A stretch of 64,000 nt of DNA from Candidatus Cloacimonadales bacterium (lineage in GTDB: Bacteria; Cloacimonadota; Cloacimonadia; Cloacimonadales; JAFGVF01). The DNA is taken from NCBI GenBank assembly GCA_963678315.1, contig OY782781.1, forward strand, positions 1,376,001-1,440,000. The letters run 5' to 3'. Below, in pieces: positions 1 through 9,517 of this stretch (positions within the stretch are counted from its first letter, which is position 1; each line of letters begins with the position of its first letter). Position numbers and translations under genes: made by a program. A model generated the notes under the pieces. That model was not told the origin of the DNA and ran no database searches. It was given only the letters and a program-made list of their open reading frames with translations.

Positions 1-1378
1 GTGCATGGTGTAAAGATTCAGGATCTGCTTCAATTTCATTAGCAATTTCAATCATAGCATCTACGAATAGATTCAATGACTGTAATGATTCTGTCTCGGT
101 AGGTTCAATCATTAAAGCTTCAGAAATGATAAGTGGGAAATAGATAGTTGGAGCATGGAAACCTTTATCAAGAAGTCGTTTAGCGATATCTAAAGTTGAT
201 ACACCATATTGCTTCTTTTGTTTAGTTCCATCAGCAACAAATTCATGCATACAATATTGGTCAGCATGAGCTATGTTATAGTAATCTTTTAATCTAGCTT
301 GAAGGTAGTTAGCATTGATAATAGCATTTTCACCAACAGATCTGATACCTTCAGGTCCTAACATTTTGATGTAAGTATAAGCTCTAACATTAACTGCAAA
401 GTTACCGTAGAAAGTGTGAACACTACCGATAGATGTTTCTTGGTGTGAATAATCTAAGAAATAAGTATCATCTTTCAATGAAACCATAGGAGCAGGAAGG
501 AACTTAACTAATTTCTCTACAACACCAACAGCACCAGAACCAGGTCCGCCACCACCGTGAGGAGTTGAGAATGTTTTGTGTAAGTTATAGTGCATAACAT
601 CAAAGCCAATTTTACCAGGCTGTACAATACCTAGTAATGCATTAAAGTTTGCACCATCCATATACATTAAACCGTCAACACCATGAATAATATTAGCTAT
701 TTCTTCAACTTGATTCTCGAAAAGACCAAGTGTATTAGGATTAGTTAACATGAATCCAGCAGTGTTTTCATCTACCATTTCTTTAAGCTTTTCAACATCA
801 ACTTTGCCATCAGGAGTTGACTTAAGTTCTTTAACTTCGAAGCCAGCTAAAGTACATGAAGCAGGATTAGTTCCGTGAGCAGAGTCAGGCATAATGATAA
901 CATTTTTATGTTCATTACCATTGAACTTATGGTAAGCACTGATTATTTTTAAACCAACAAATTCACCTTGAGCACCAGCAACAGGTTGTAAAGTAGCATT
1001 AGCCATACCAGATATTTCTGCAAGGTCATGCTGTAATTCGTACATTAACTGAAGAGCACCTTGAACTGTTGATTGAGGTTGTAAAGGATGTAAGTTAGCA
1101 ATACCTGATTGTCTAGCTACAACTTCATTAACTTTAGGATTATACTTCATTGTACATGATCCTAGAGGGTAAAGACCCTTTTCGATGAAGTGGTTTTTGC
1201 TTCCTAATTCTATATAGTGTCTCATAACATCAAGTTCTGATGCTTGAGGTAATTTAGCGTCTTCTGATCTAGCAAACTTTGCAGGAAGAATATCATTTAA
1301 TTCAATATCAACATCAATTTTTGGAAGTGTGTAACCTTTTCTTCCTTGAGAACTCTTTTCAAATATTGTAGTAGACAT
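1..1378 (-). CDS. gcvPB: Glycine dehydrogenase (decarboxylating) subunit 2, running off the window edge
   Basis: Manual translation starts MSTTIFEKS, with YPLGSCTMKYNPK and HKTFSTPHGGGGPGSG (PLP lysine). ATG overlaps the gcvPA stop (TAATG). Confidence 0.95.
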   Translation of the reverse strand, partial: MSTTIFEKSSQGRKGYTLPKIDVDIELNDILPAKFARSEDAKLPQASELDVMRHYIELGSKNHFIEKGLYPLGSCTMKYNPKVNEVVARQSGIANLHPLQPQSTVQGALQLMYELQHDLAEISGMANATLQPVAGAQGEFVGLKIISAYHKFNGNEHKNVIIMPDSAHGTNPASCTLAGFEVKELKSTPDGKVDVEKLKEMVDENTAGFMLTNPNTLGLFENQVEEIANIIHGVDGLMYMDGANFNALLGIVQPGKIGFDVMHYNLHKTFSTPHGGGGPGSGAVGVVEKLVKFLPAPMVSLKDDTYFLDYSHQETSIGSVHTFYGNFAVNVRAYTYIKMLGPEGIRSVGENAIINANYLQARLKDYYNIAHADQYCMHEFVADGTKQKKQYGVSTLDIAKRLLDKGFHAPTIYFPLIISEALMIEPTETESLQSLNLFVDAMIEIANEIEADPESLHHA

Positions 1379-2718
1379 TATTTCACCTCCGCAAGTACTT
1401 GAATGAATCTATCTAATTCTGCTTTAGATTTCTTTTCTGTAACAGCAATCATTAATTGATTATCATAGCCAAACATTTTCATATCTACACCAGCATAGAT
1501 GTCACTATTGAGTGCTTTTTCAATAACTTCGCTTGCTGGAATAGGAGTGTTAACAACAAATTCCTTGAAGAAAGTTTGATTTGGATATGCTAATGAAAAA
1601 CCATCAAGTTTAGCGATGTTTTGTGCTAAGTAATGAGCTTTTTTCATTGATTGACTTGCCACATCTTTTAAACCTTCTTTACCCATTAATGCCATATAAA
1701 CTGTAGCTGCTAATGTGCAAAGTGATTGGTTTGAACAGATATTTGAAGTAGCTTTAACACGTCTGATGTGTTGTTCTCTAGCTTGAAGTGTTAGTGAATA
1801 TGCTCTGTTGCCAGCTTCATCTAAAGTACCACCAACAATTCTTCCTGGCATGATTCTTGCCATAGCTAGTTTGGTAGCGAAGAAACCGAATAAAGGTCCA
1901 CCATAATTAGTGTTGTTACCAAGAGCTTGACCTTCACCAACTACAATATCAGCACCAAATTCAGCAGGTGATTGAGTTATTGCTAAAGCGATAGGGTCAA
2001 CTGAAACAATATAAAGAGCTCTTTTAGTAGAATGAACAAGCTTTTCGATTGCTTGAGCATCTTCAAAGTTACCAAAGAAGTTTGGAGTTTGAATTAATAC
2101 ACAAGCTAAATCATCAGTAATTTTGCTCTCTAAATCAGCCATGTCAATCACACCATCTTTAGCTTCAACATATTGAATTTCAATGTCAATTCCTTCAGTA
2201 TATTTTGCAATAACATCTTTGAAGTTATGGTGAATTGTGCCTGCTACAAGAGCTTTATTATTTCTAGTTTTTCTTACAGCCATTAAAATAGCTTCGGCAC
2301 AAGCAGATGCACCATCATACATACTAGCGTTTGCTATTTCCATACCTGTAAGTTGGCAAATCATTGATTGATATTCATAGATAAATTGTAATGTACCTTG
2401 ACTTACCTCTGCTTGGTAAGGAGTATATGCAGTATAGAATTCAGGTCTAGATACTATTGTATCTACAGCACTTGGAATAAAGTGGTCATAAACCCCAGCA
2501 CCAAGATATGAATCTGCATTTTGAGTACATTTGTTAGAATTAACTAGTCTATTAACTTTCTTCATAATATCTAGTTCAGAATATGCATCTTCTAGATTTA
2601 GCTTGTCTTTTAAGACAAACTTTTCTGGAATAGCAGAGATTAAATCATTAAACGATTCAACACCAATAACCTTGAGCATCTCTTTGCGTTCTTGCTCAGT
2701 TGTTGAAATGTAAGGCAT
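1378..2718 (-). CDS. gcvPA: Glycine dehydrogenase (decarboxylating) subunit 1
   Basis: YTAYTPYQAEVSQGTLQ, NASMYDGASA and REQHIRR..ATSNICSNQ motifs. Confidence 0.96.
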   Translation of the reverse strand: MPYISTTEQERKEMLKVIGVESFNDLISAIPEKFVLKDKLNLEDAYSELDIMKKVNRLVNSNKCTQNADSYLGAGVYDHFIPSAVDTIVSRPEFYTAYTPYQAEVSQGTLQFIYEYQSMICQLTGMEIANASMYDGASACAEAILMAVRKTRNNKALVAGTIHHNFKDVIAKYTEGIDIEIQYVEAKDGVIDMADLESKITDDLACVLIQTPNFFGNFEDAQAIEKLVHSTKRALYIVSVDPIALAITQSPAEFGADIVVGEGQALGNNTNYGGPLFGFFATKLAMARIMPGRIVGGTLDEAGNRAYSLTLQAREQHIRRVKATSNICSNQSLCTLAATVYMALMGKEGLKDVASQSMKKAHYLAQNIAKLDGFSLAYPNQTFFKEFVVNTPIPASEVIEKALNSDIYAGVDMKMFGYDNQLMIAVTEKKSKAELDRFIQVLAEVK

Positions 2719-2883
2719 ATTAACTCCTTATTCATTATATTTTTTGTATTTGTTCTGTAGCAATGAGATTGGAATTAATTATTCTGTCAATAAAAAGAAA
2801 TAGTATTTTCTATAGTCCTGTAAATGAATATGTTAGACTTGTAAGATTTTTGTTGATTACCAATGTTAACATGAGTTGTTAAT

Positions 2884-4524
2884 CTATTGGCTATTATTTT
2901 CACGAATTAGTGGTAACTCAAGATAGAAAGTTGAGCCCTCTCCTAGTTTAGATTCAAGATGTAACTTTCCAGCTAAAGCTTCTGATAAAGACTTGGCAAT
3001 AGTAAGTCCTAAGCCAGTTCCATTATACTTTCTAGATGTAGCAGAATCAATCTGTGTAAAACTCATGAAAAGATAGTTGAAATCTTTTTCAGCAATTCCA
3101 ATACCAGTATCCTTAACATAAATGGTAAGCTTGTTATCCTTAATGTAAGATCCAAGAGTAATTTCACCTGATTCAGTAAACTTAAGAGCATTATCAATTA
3201 AGTGCTCTAGGATTTTATCTAGTTTCTGCAAATCTGTTACAATAATTGATTGCTCATCAATATTGAAATCTTTTACCTTATTAATATTAGGATTTTTAGT
3301 ATCAAGAAGTTTAAATTTATTTTCTAAGTAAATCTTTAGTTCAATTTCTTGGTTTCTAATTATTTGAGATTTAGTTTGAATCTGGCTAGCTTCAATAATG
3401 TTATTAACAATTCGAAGAAGTTTTTTACTTGATTGAACAATTATTCCATGATATTCTTTATATTCATCCTCATTAATATTAGGATTCTTGATTAGTTCTG
3501 AGAAACCAATAATTGCATGAAGGGGTGTTCTTAGCTCATGTGTGACAGAACGGAAAAAGTTATCCTTAAATTTATTTATCTCTTCAAGTTTTTCATTATC
3601 TGATAGTAGTTCTTCGTTACTCTTTTCAGCTTCTTGAACCTTTTGAGTTAGCTCAAGTGATTCTTTTTTATACTTCTCTTTAAGTATTTTTTGGATCAGA
3701 ATTATTATCACTGCTAAAAGTAATATTACTAAGACAAGTGCAAGGTAATTGAATACATTAGCATTCTGGTTATCGATTTCTATGTATTTTCTAAATGTTT
3801 TATAATAAACAGATCTTTTATCTTTTTTAAATTGCTTTATTTTTGAATCAAATACTCCCCTTAAGTATGGAGTAAAATCCGAATCCTTATTAAAAGCATA
3901 CTTAAGATTTACTGGCTGGAACCAAAGAGAAGAAGCTTTTATATCATGATCTTTAGCATACATATTTCCATAATCTTTACTGCAGATAGCAAAATCTACT
4001 TTTTTGTCATTTAGAGCATGTAACATTGCTCGATAACTATCAAATTCAACAAAGGAAGAGGTTAGACCTAACTTGTTTTTAATATCAGCAATTCCTCCAT
4101 CCTGGTTGTAGTTCATGCTCTCCTTTAAAACACCTATTAACTTATCGTTCAAATCATGAAGGTCTTCAAATGAATCATCTTTATGGAGATATACAACCGA
4201 CCAGGTTGGCATTACAGATTCTTCACCAAGAACAAGAACTTTGCGACGTTCCTCTGTCTCAGCAACATCTACCAGCATGTCTATTTGACCATTAATCAAC
4301 ATTTGATAACAGCTATTCCAATCTTTATGAATCCAATTTATTTGAAGATCTTCCTGAATTGCTATTTCGTTGGTAATATCAGCCCAGAATCCAGCAGCTT
4401 TATTAGTTGTTTTATCAAAGAATATTTTGGGAGGATTGTCATAATAGCCAATATTCACTACTTCATAGCAATAGACTGATATTGTTAAAAGTAGTATAGA
4501 TATTGTTATAATTATTTTATGCAT
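2884..4524 (-). CDS. Sensor histidine kinase with periplasmic SBP_bac_3-type domain
   Basis: Signal peptide, substrate-binding domain, TM helix, H-box THELRTPL, N-box NALKFT, DTGIGI, GTGLGL. Confidence 0.93.
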   Translation of the reverse strand: MHKIIITISILLLTISVYCYEVVNIGYYDNPPKIFFDKTTNKAAGFWADITNEIAIQEDLQINWIHKDWNSCYQMLINGQIDMLVDVAETEERRKVLVLGEESVMPTWSVVYLHKDDSFEDLHDLNDKLIGVLKESMNYNQDGGIADIKNKLGLTSSFVEFDSYRAMLHALNDKKVDFAICSKDYGNMYAKDHDIKASSLWFQPVNLKYAFNKDSDFTPYLRGVFDSKIKQFKKDKRSVYYKTFRKYIEIDNQNANVFNYLALVLVILLLAVIIILIQKILKEKYKKESLELTQKVQEAEKSNEELLSDNEKLEEINKFKDNFFRSVTHELRTPLHAIIGFSELIKNPNINEDEYKEYHGIIVQSSKKLLRIVNNIIEASQIQTKSQIIRNQEIELKIYLENKFKLLDTKNPNINKVKDFNIDEQSIIVTDLQKLDKILEHLIDNALKFTESGEITLGSYIKDNKLTIYVKDTGIGIAEKDFNYLFMSFTQIDSATSRKYNGTGLGLTIAKSLSEALAGKLHLESKLGEGSTFYLELPLIRENNSQ

Positions 4525-4600
4525 AAGTCCTCCAAGAATTTATGAACTAGTTTATAATAAGTTTTAATTTGATTTAAAGGTCAAGAAATATTTTAAAAAG

Positions 4601-4629
4601 AAAAAAGGACTGCAATGATTACAGTCCTT
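4601..4629 (-). terminator. Intrinsic terminator of the ferredoxin gene
   Basis: AAGGACTG/CAGTCCTT stem with a U-tract on the minus strand. Confidence 0.65.
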
Positions 4630-4648
4630 ATATCAAATTATTTTATAC

Positions 4649-4819
4649 TTATTCTGAAATTGCACTAACAGGGCAAGTAGAGATGCAAGCACCACAATCG
4701 ATACATGTAGCTTCATCCACAACTGCTTTGTCGTCAACCATTGAAAGTGCTTGAACTGGGCATACGTCAACACATGCTGAACAACCAATACAAGTTCCTT
4801 TGTCTATTTTTACTGCCAT
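4649..4819 (-). CDS. 2[4Fe-4S] ferredoxin, 56 aa (below the ORF track cut-off)
   Basis: Manual translation MAVKIDKGTCIGCSACVDVCPVQALSMVDDKAVVDEATCIDCGACISTCPVSAISE, with two CxxCxxCxxxCP motifs and a GGAGG RBS. Confidence 0.95.
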   Translation of the reverse strand: MAVKIDKGTCIGCSACVDVCPVQALSMVDDKAVVDEATCIDCGACISTCPVSAISE

Positions 4820-4888
4820 AATTGGCCTCCTAAAGAATATTTGATTTTATAATTATCAATTTACATCTTATGTCAAGAAAAAAAAGTA

Positions 4889-5917
4889 CTATTTATATAA
4901 GGGCAAACTAACTTTAGAACCTTCTCTTGCTGACATGTAGAGAGCTTGAATTATCTCTAAAGACTTTCTTCCACACCTACCATCAGTTGAAGGTTCGCAT
5001 TTACCAGAAAGTACATCAATAACATTTTGGTAATAAGGAATATGACCAAAACCGTAGATGTTTGGTGGATTATAATTTGATTCTTCAATTAACTTATCAT
5101 CATCATCATAATCTTCGAAATCCCATTTTTCAACTTTATTAATAGCAACTCCACCTATTTTTACTGTACCTTTTTCTCCTAGAATAGTTATAGATCCTTC
5201 GAAGTTCTTAGGGTAAGTAAGCATGGTAACGTTCATGGTTCCGATAACCCCATTTCTAAACTTAATGATTACAGAACCTGTATCTTCGGCTTCAATGTTT
5301 CTTTCCATAGTAGAAGTCTCTGCCATAACAGAATCAACATTACCAATTAACCAATATAGGGCATCAACATAGTGAGATGCTTGGTTCATAAAAGCACCGC
5401 CATCAAATTCCCATGTACCACGCCATTTAGCCATATCGTAGTAGTGCTGAGGTCTTGTCCAAAATACATTAGATTGAACCATATAGATTTTACCAAATCT
5501 ATTTTTATCCACAGCTTTTTTCAATAATTGCATTGTTGAATTTAGTCTGTTTTGTTTTACTACAAAGAGGTGAACTTTATATTCATCACATGCCTTAATA
5601 AGTGCATCTGCATCATTTATGTTGATTGCCATAGGCTTTTCAGTAATGACATGGATATTGTGTTTCGCAACTTCAATGCCTATTTGTGGGTGAATACCGC
5701 TTGGTGTACAAATTGAAACAGCATCTAGTTCTTCTTTATCTAACATTTCTTTGTAATCAGTATAGTATGATTTTAGATTATATTTTTCACAAGCTTCTTT
5801 AGCTCTATCTTCTAATATATCGCAACATGTTACGAATTCTGCATTTTCAATCTCTTTTATAGATTCGAAATGATTCTTTGAAATTCTTCCACAACCAATT
5901 AGTCCTAACTTAATCAT
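4889..5917 (-). CDS. Gfo/Idh/MocA oxidoreductase, WbpB/WlbA-like (UDP-GlcNAcA 3-dehydrogenase)
   Basis: GCGRIS Rossmann motif, EKPMA, WRGTWEFDGGAFMNQASHYVD. Confidence 0.88.
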   Translation of the reverse strand: MIKLGLIGCGRISKNHFESIKEIENAEFVTCCDILEDRAKEACEKYNLKSYYTDYKEMLDKEELDAVSICTPSGIHPQIGIEVAKHNIHVITEKPMAININDADALIKACDEYKVHLFVVKQNRLNSTMQLLKKAVDKNRFGKIYMVQSNVFWTRPQHYYDMAKWRGTWEFDGGAFMNQASHYVDALYWLIGNVDSVMAETSTMERNIEAEDTGSVIIKFRNGVIGTMNVTMLTYPKNFEGSITILGEKGTVKIGGVAINKVEKWDFEDYDDDDKLIEESNYNPPNIYGFGHIPYYQNVIDVLSGKCEPSTDGRCGRKSLEIIQALYMSAREGSKVSLPLYK

Positions 5918-6193
5918 TTAAGCTCCCTGTTGAAGATTATTTTATTATACTAGTACATTAAAAAAGCTCCTTATTGTCAATAAGAAAATGTATTGTTTAG
6001 AATTATTTTTACTATTAAGGAAAAGTTTTTATTGAAATGCAAACTACTTGCCTAGATATAACTAATTATTATCAAATAGCTTAGTTATTAAGTATCTAAT
6101 AAGATTTCTTAATATTATCTTAAAAAACAAAATATTTTCTTGACATAAAAGACCTGCTAAGGATTTTAAGCATACGCTGTGAATTCAGTGACT

Positions 6194-6268
6194 GGTCCAG
6201 TAACTCAGTGGTAGAGTATCTGCCTTTTAAGCAGAGAGTCGATGGTTCGAGCCCATCCTGGATCACCA
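6194..6268 (+). tRNA. tRNA-Lys(TTT)
   Basis: Acceptor GGTCCAG/CTGGATC, anticodon arm TCTGC-CTTTTAA-GCAGA, GGTTCGA T-loop, CCA. Confidence 0.96.
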
Positions 6269-6272
6269 TTTT

Positions 6273-6347
6273 GACCCCTTCGTCTAGTGGTTAGGACTCA
6301 AGATTTTCATTCTTGCAACAGGAGTTCGATTCTCCTAGGGGTCGCCA
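6273..6347 (+). tRNA. tRNA-Glu(TTC)
   Basis: GACCCCT/AGGGGTC acceptor, CAAGA-TTTTCAT-TCTTG, CCA. Confidence 0.96.
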
Positions 6348-6354
6348 CCTTTAG

Positions 6355-6430
6355 GTCTCCATCGTCTAGTGGCCTAGGACTCTGGATTCTCATTCCAGCA
6401 ACAGGGGTTCAATTCCCCTTGGAGATGCCA
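6355..6430 (+). tRNA. tRNA-Glu(CTC)
   Basis: GTCTCCA/TGGAGAT acceptor, CTGGA-TTCTCAT-TCCAG, CCA. Confidence 0.95.
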
Positions 6431-6453
6431 GTGTAAAAGTAAAAAATATATAT

Positions 6454-6528
6454 GACCCCTTCGTCTAGTGGTTAGGACTCAAGATTTTCATTCTTGCAAC
6501 AGGAGTTCGATTCTCCTAGGGGTCGCCA
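6454..6528 (+). tRNA. tRNA-Glu(TTC), second identical copy
   Basis: Sequence identical to 6273-6347. Confidence 0.96.
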
Positions 6529-6558
6529 AAAAAGCTTATCAGCGAGGTAAGCTTTTTT
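6529..6558 (+). terminator. Intrinsic terminator after the tRNA cluster
   Basis: AAAAGCTTATC..GGTAAGCTTTTTT hairpin with T-tract. Confidence 0.7.
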
Positions 6559-6588
6559 AGACCGTTAATCTATTCTAAAGATAGATTT

Positions 6589-6664
6589 GGACCTATAGCT
6601 CAGTTGGTAGAGCCTTCGGCTCATAACCGAACGGTCGGGGGTTCGACTCCCTCTGGGTCCACCA
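6589..6664 (+). tRNA. tRNA with CAT anticodon, probably tRNA-Ile2 (lysidine) rather than Met
   Basis: GGACCTA/TGGGTCC acceptor, TTCGG-CTCATAA-CCGAA, CCA. The GGACCT start resembles Ile2 tRNAs; identity is inferred. Confidence 0.9.
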
Positions 6665-6949
6665 TTTTTTAACCTGCTTTCGAGCAGGTTTTTTTTGTTG
6701 GTAAGAAGTAAAGATACGACTTAATCGGTAGAGTCTTCGGCTCATATCCGGCAGTTGCCGGACGGGGGTTCGACTCCCTCTGGGTCCACCATTTTTTAGC
6801 CTGCTTTCGAGCAGGTTTTTTTTTGTTGGTAAGAAGTAAAGATACGACTTAATCGGTAGAGTCTTCGGCTCATATCCGGCAGCTGCCGGACTGGGGTTCG
6901 ACTCCCTCTGGGTCCACCATTTTTTAGCCTGCTTTCGAGCAGGTTTTTT
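6665..6949 (+). repeat. Tandem 127/128-bp repeats: two degenerate tRNA(CAT) copies (6718-6791, 6846-6919), each followed by a terminator hairpin
   Basis: GGTTCGACTCCCTCTGGGTCCACCA plus CCTGCTTTCGAGCAGG-T-tract occurs three times. The copies lack the 5' acceptor strand. Confidence 0.9.
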
Positions 6950-6970
6950 GTATATAAACTTAGGAGTATT

Positions 6971-7192
6971 ATGGATTCTTTAGATAAAGCTTTACCTGTC
7001 CTTATTGGGCTGGTTATACTTATTAACCTCGTAAAAATTCTCAAACTTAAGAGTAATTTCTTTATAAAAATATCTTCTATTGCTCTTATTGGACTATCAA
7101 TCTATTTATTTAATATGCTTATAGTGCTAGTTATAATGCTAGTCTTAAGAGTAACACTTCATTTCATTTCAAAGAGAGCACTGACTGATTAA
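6971..7192 (+). CDS. Small hydrophobic membrane protein, unknown function
   Basis: AGGAG RBS, 73 aa, 2-3 hydrophobic helices. Confidence 0.7.
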   Translation: MDSLDKALPVLIGLVILINLVKILKLKSNFFIKISSIALIGLSIYLFNMLIVLVIMLVLRVTLHFISKRALTD

Positions 7193-7244
7193 TCCATAAA
7201 AAGGTAAGCTACATAAAACCTACCTTGAAATCAGTTAATATTAT

Positions 7245-9308
7245 TTATCGAACACCGTATTGAAAGTCACTATTTTCTAAGCTCAATTTCTCACAGATTA
7301 GTTTTGTATAGTTTAACAATGAGTTGGCACTTAAATTAGACTCCAGATAAAGTTGATTAGCTATAACCTCGTATGCAACTCTGCAATCAGAAGCTTTATT
7401 GGATATAATTCGAGATTTCGAACCTTCAAAGTCAGAGTCGTAAGCCAAATTAAGTATTCTTTGTTTATCTAGAATAAGTAATGATTCTACAGTTTGGGTG
7501 AAGAATTCCCTCCAGCTTTTCACACTGATTCTTTCTCCCAAAATGTCAATATATACAGGTTGTAAGCCTGTTACATTAATTTCATCATTTAATGATAGAT
7601 TATCTTTATTTTCGGAAACAGACTCAAGTTTAGACATGTCTATTGCTGGATATTTCCATATTTTAATTGCTATTTCTGAAAGATAGTTTGATCTAGAAGA
7701 AATTGTCTTATCATTCCAATCATCAATCTCGTGAAAGTTACTGTTGAGTTTAAGTCTACTTTTTTGAAAAATCTCTTTTTTTTCAATGAATGGTTTATTG
7801 CTGAGGTTTCCATTATATGCAGTCATAGTTAGATTTCCGAGTCTGTGCAAGTTGATGTCGTGAATAACACTATAATTTTTACCCAATGTAGCTTTCCATT
7901 GAGAAGATAATGTTTGCGGCATAATATGTTCTACAGTCAAATCATTTATGTTCACTTTTTCCTTATTGTCAAAATTTTCTAATTCTTCTAAAAGGTAATT
8001 TCTATGTTTAAAAGAGTATATATTTCGTTGAGTAAGTGCAAGTTTAAATTCAGTATCTGTTGGATAAGCAGAACTTGATTTTTTTTGAGATAATACAGCT
8101 TGTAATTTTTCGCTATATTTATCATCAAGAGTATTCTTATTTACTTCAGAATCAAGATTTGAGAATATTTTATTTAATGCATTGGTTGGAAGCTCGCAGA
8201 TTAACCTTCTAAAAGCATACGAAATTATTACTTCTAGAATTTGCTTAAAGTCGTCCAATTCTATCATATTTTTATCAAAATAGTAATATACTTTTAATAA
8301 ATAGGGATATGAAACTGTTATTTTAAGCTTGGACATTTTTCGTAATAGAAGGTCAATTGTTTTCATTCCAGTATTACAAAATACAATTTTTGAATATAAG
8401 CTTGAATAATATTTAAGATTATCTAATATAGATGCAATATCATCGTTATTATTTTTCACAAATGATTTAAATTCATTATATACATCACTTTTCTTTGGTA
8501 TTTTTTTGTTTTCCATTATTAAGAAGTCACGTATAAAGTCGGATATTTTATCATTAGTTAAATTCTTTTCGATAATGAACCAGTATTTTTCATACAAATC
8601 TTCTTGTTCCTCTGGTTCCTTATCCATTAGAATAAAATTGCGTATTAAGTCTGCCTGTGTTAAATTAACACCTGTAGAATTTATACTTTCAAAAATTAAC
8701 TGAGGATCATCTTCTCCTCTTTTTAAGCTGATATATACTATCATCAATTTGTGAGCTGAATCAAAAATATCTTTAGGTTTTGCCTTACATGAACTAATTC
8801 TACTATAAAAGTACTTATAGTTGACAATAATGTTTGAACTGCTGTCAATATGATCAAGATTGTTAGACATTATTTGCTTAAATACAATGTCATCTTCTTT
8901 CATTGGTTTCAGCCTTAACTTATTCTGTTCATTTTGATATTTGTTTATTAGATAATAATCATAAATTTTATTTCTCAAAGACTGGTTCTCATCATCTTGA
9001 AAGTTATTTTTATCAATATAATCACATAAAGCTTTAAGTAGTAAAATAATTGTAGTAATTCTTTGTTGTCCATCGATAATTACATACTCTCTTAAATCAA
9101 CCATATCAACATCACTATTTGATACATAAACAATTGAACCAATAAAATGAGTTTTTTTATTTCTATCTTCGTTTAGTGCAAGAATATCATTAAATAGTTG
9201 CTCACAATTGCTTTGTTTCCAATCATAGTTTCTTTGAAAAACCGGAATAATTAGTCTTTTATCTTCTCCAGAAATGAATCTCAATAAATGAAACTGTCGT
9301 GCTTCCAT
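7245..9308 (-). CDS. GmrSD-family (DUF262 + DUF1524) type IV restriction endonuclease with an extra C-terminal domain
   Basis: IPVFQRNYDW, IIDGQQRITT, IFESINSTG (DUF262); VEHIMPQ..LGNLT..N (DUF1524 HNH). Confidence 0.9.
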   Translation of the reverse strand: MEARQFHLLRFISGEDKRLIIPVFQRNYDWKQSNCEQLFNDILALNEDRNKKTHFIGSIVYVSNSDVDMVDLREYVIIDGQQRITTIILLLKALCDYIDKNNFQDDENQSLRNKIYDYYLINKYQNEQNKLRLKPMKEDDIVFKQIMSNNLDHIDSSSNIIVNYKYFYSRISSCKAKPKDIFDSAHKLMIVYISLKRGEDDPQLIFESINSTGVNLTQADLIRNFILMDKEPEEQEDLYEKYWFIIEKNLTNDKISDFIRDFLIMENKKIPKKSDVYNEFKSFVKNNNDDIASILDNLKYYSSLYSKIVFCNTGMKTIDLLLRKMSKLKITVSYPYLLKVYYYFDKNMIELDDFKQILEVIISYAFRRLICELPTNALNKIFSNLDSEVNKNTLDDKYSEKLQAVLSQKKSSSAYPTDTEFKLALTQRNIYSFKHRNYLLEELENFDNKEKVNINDLTVEHIMPQTLSSQWKATLGKNYSVIHDINLHRLGNLTMTAYNGNLSNKPFIEKKEIFQKSRLKLNSNFHEIDDWNDKTISSRSNYLSEIAIKIWKYPAIDMSKLESVSENKDNLSLNDEINVTGLQPVYIDILGERISVKSWREFFTQTVESLLILDKQRILNLAYDSDFEGSKSRIISNKASDCRVAYEVIANQLYLESNLSANSLLNYTKLICEKLSLENSDFQYGVR

Positions 9309-9483
9309 ATAACCTCCTCAATTATCAAAACATGAATTGTTGTAAGAATAGTACATGTTAAATATATGTCAACTTAATATAATTATACGTTAAGCTATGT
9401 GTAATTTTAAATAGATTTATTCATGTATTTTTATCTTAAATTTGGAATGCTTTTATTAGTTGTCTAGTGGCAATACTTACTAG

Positions 9484-9517
9484 CCTCCTGCATTAAATTG
9501 CGATTTAATGCAGGAGG
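9484..9517. repeat. REP-like palindrome with perfect 15-bp arms; relatives at 26596-26627 and 57601-57635
   Basis: CCTCCTGCATTAAAT-TGCG-ATTTAATGCAGGAGG. Confidence 0.75.

Noticed and set aside
6718..6919. Functional tRNAs, or attL/attR of an integrated element
   Set aside because: No 5' acceptor strand can pair, only ~50 bp separates the copies, and there is no integrase.
6796..7044. 82-aa minus-strand ORF
   Set aside because: Antisense to the tRNA-derived repeats and to the RBS-bearing membrane ORF.
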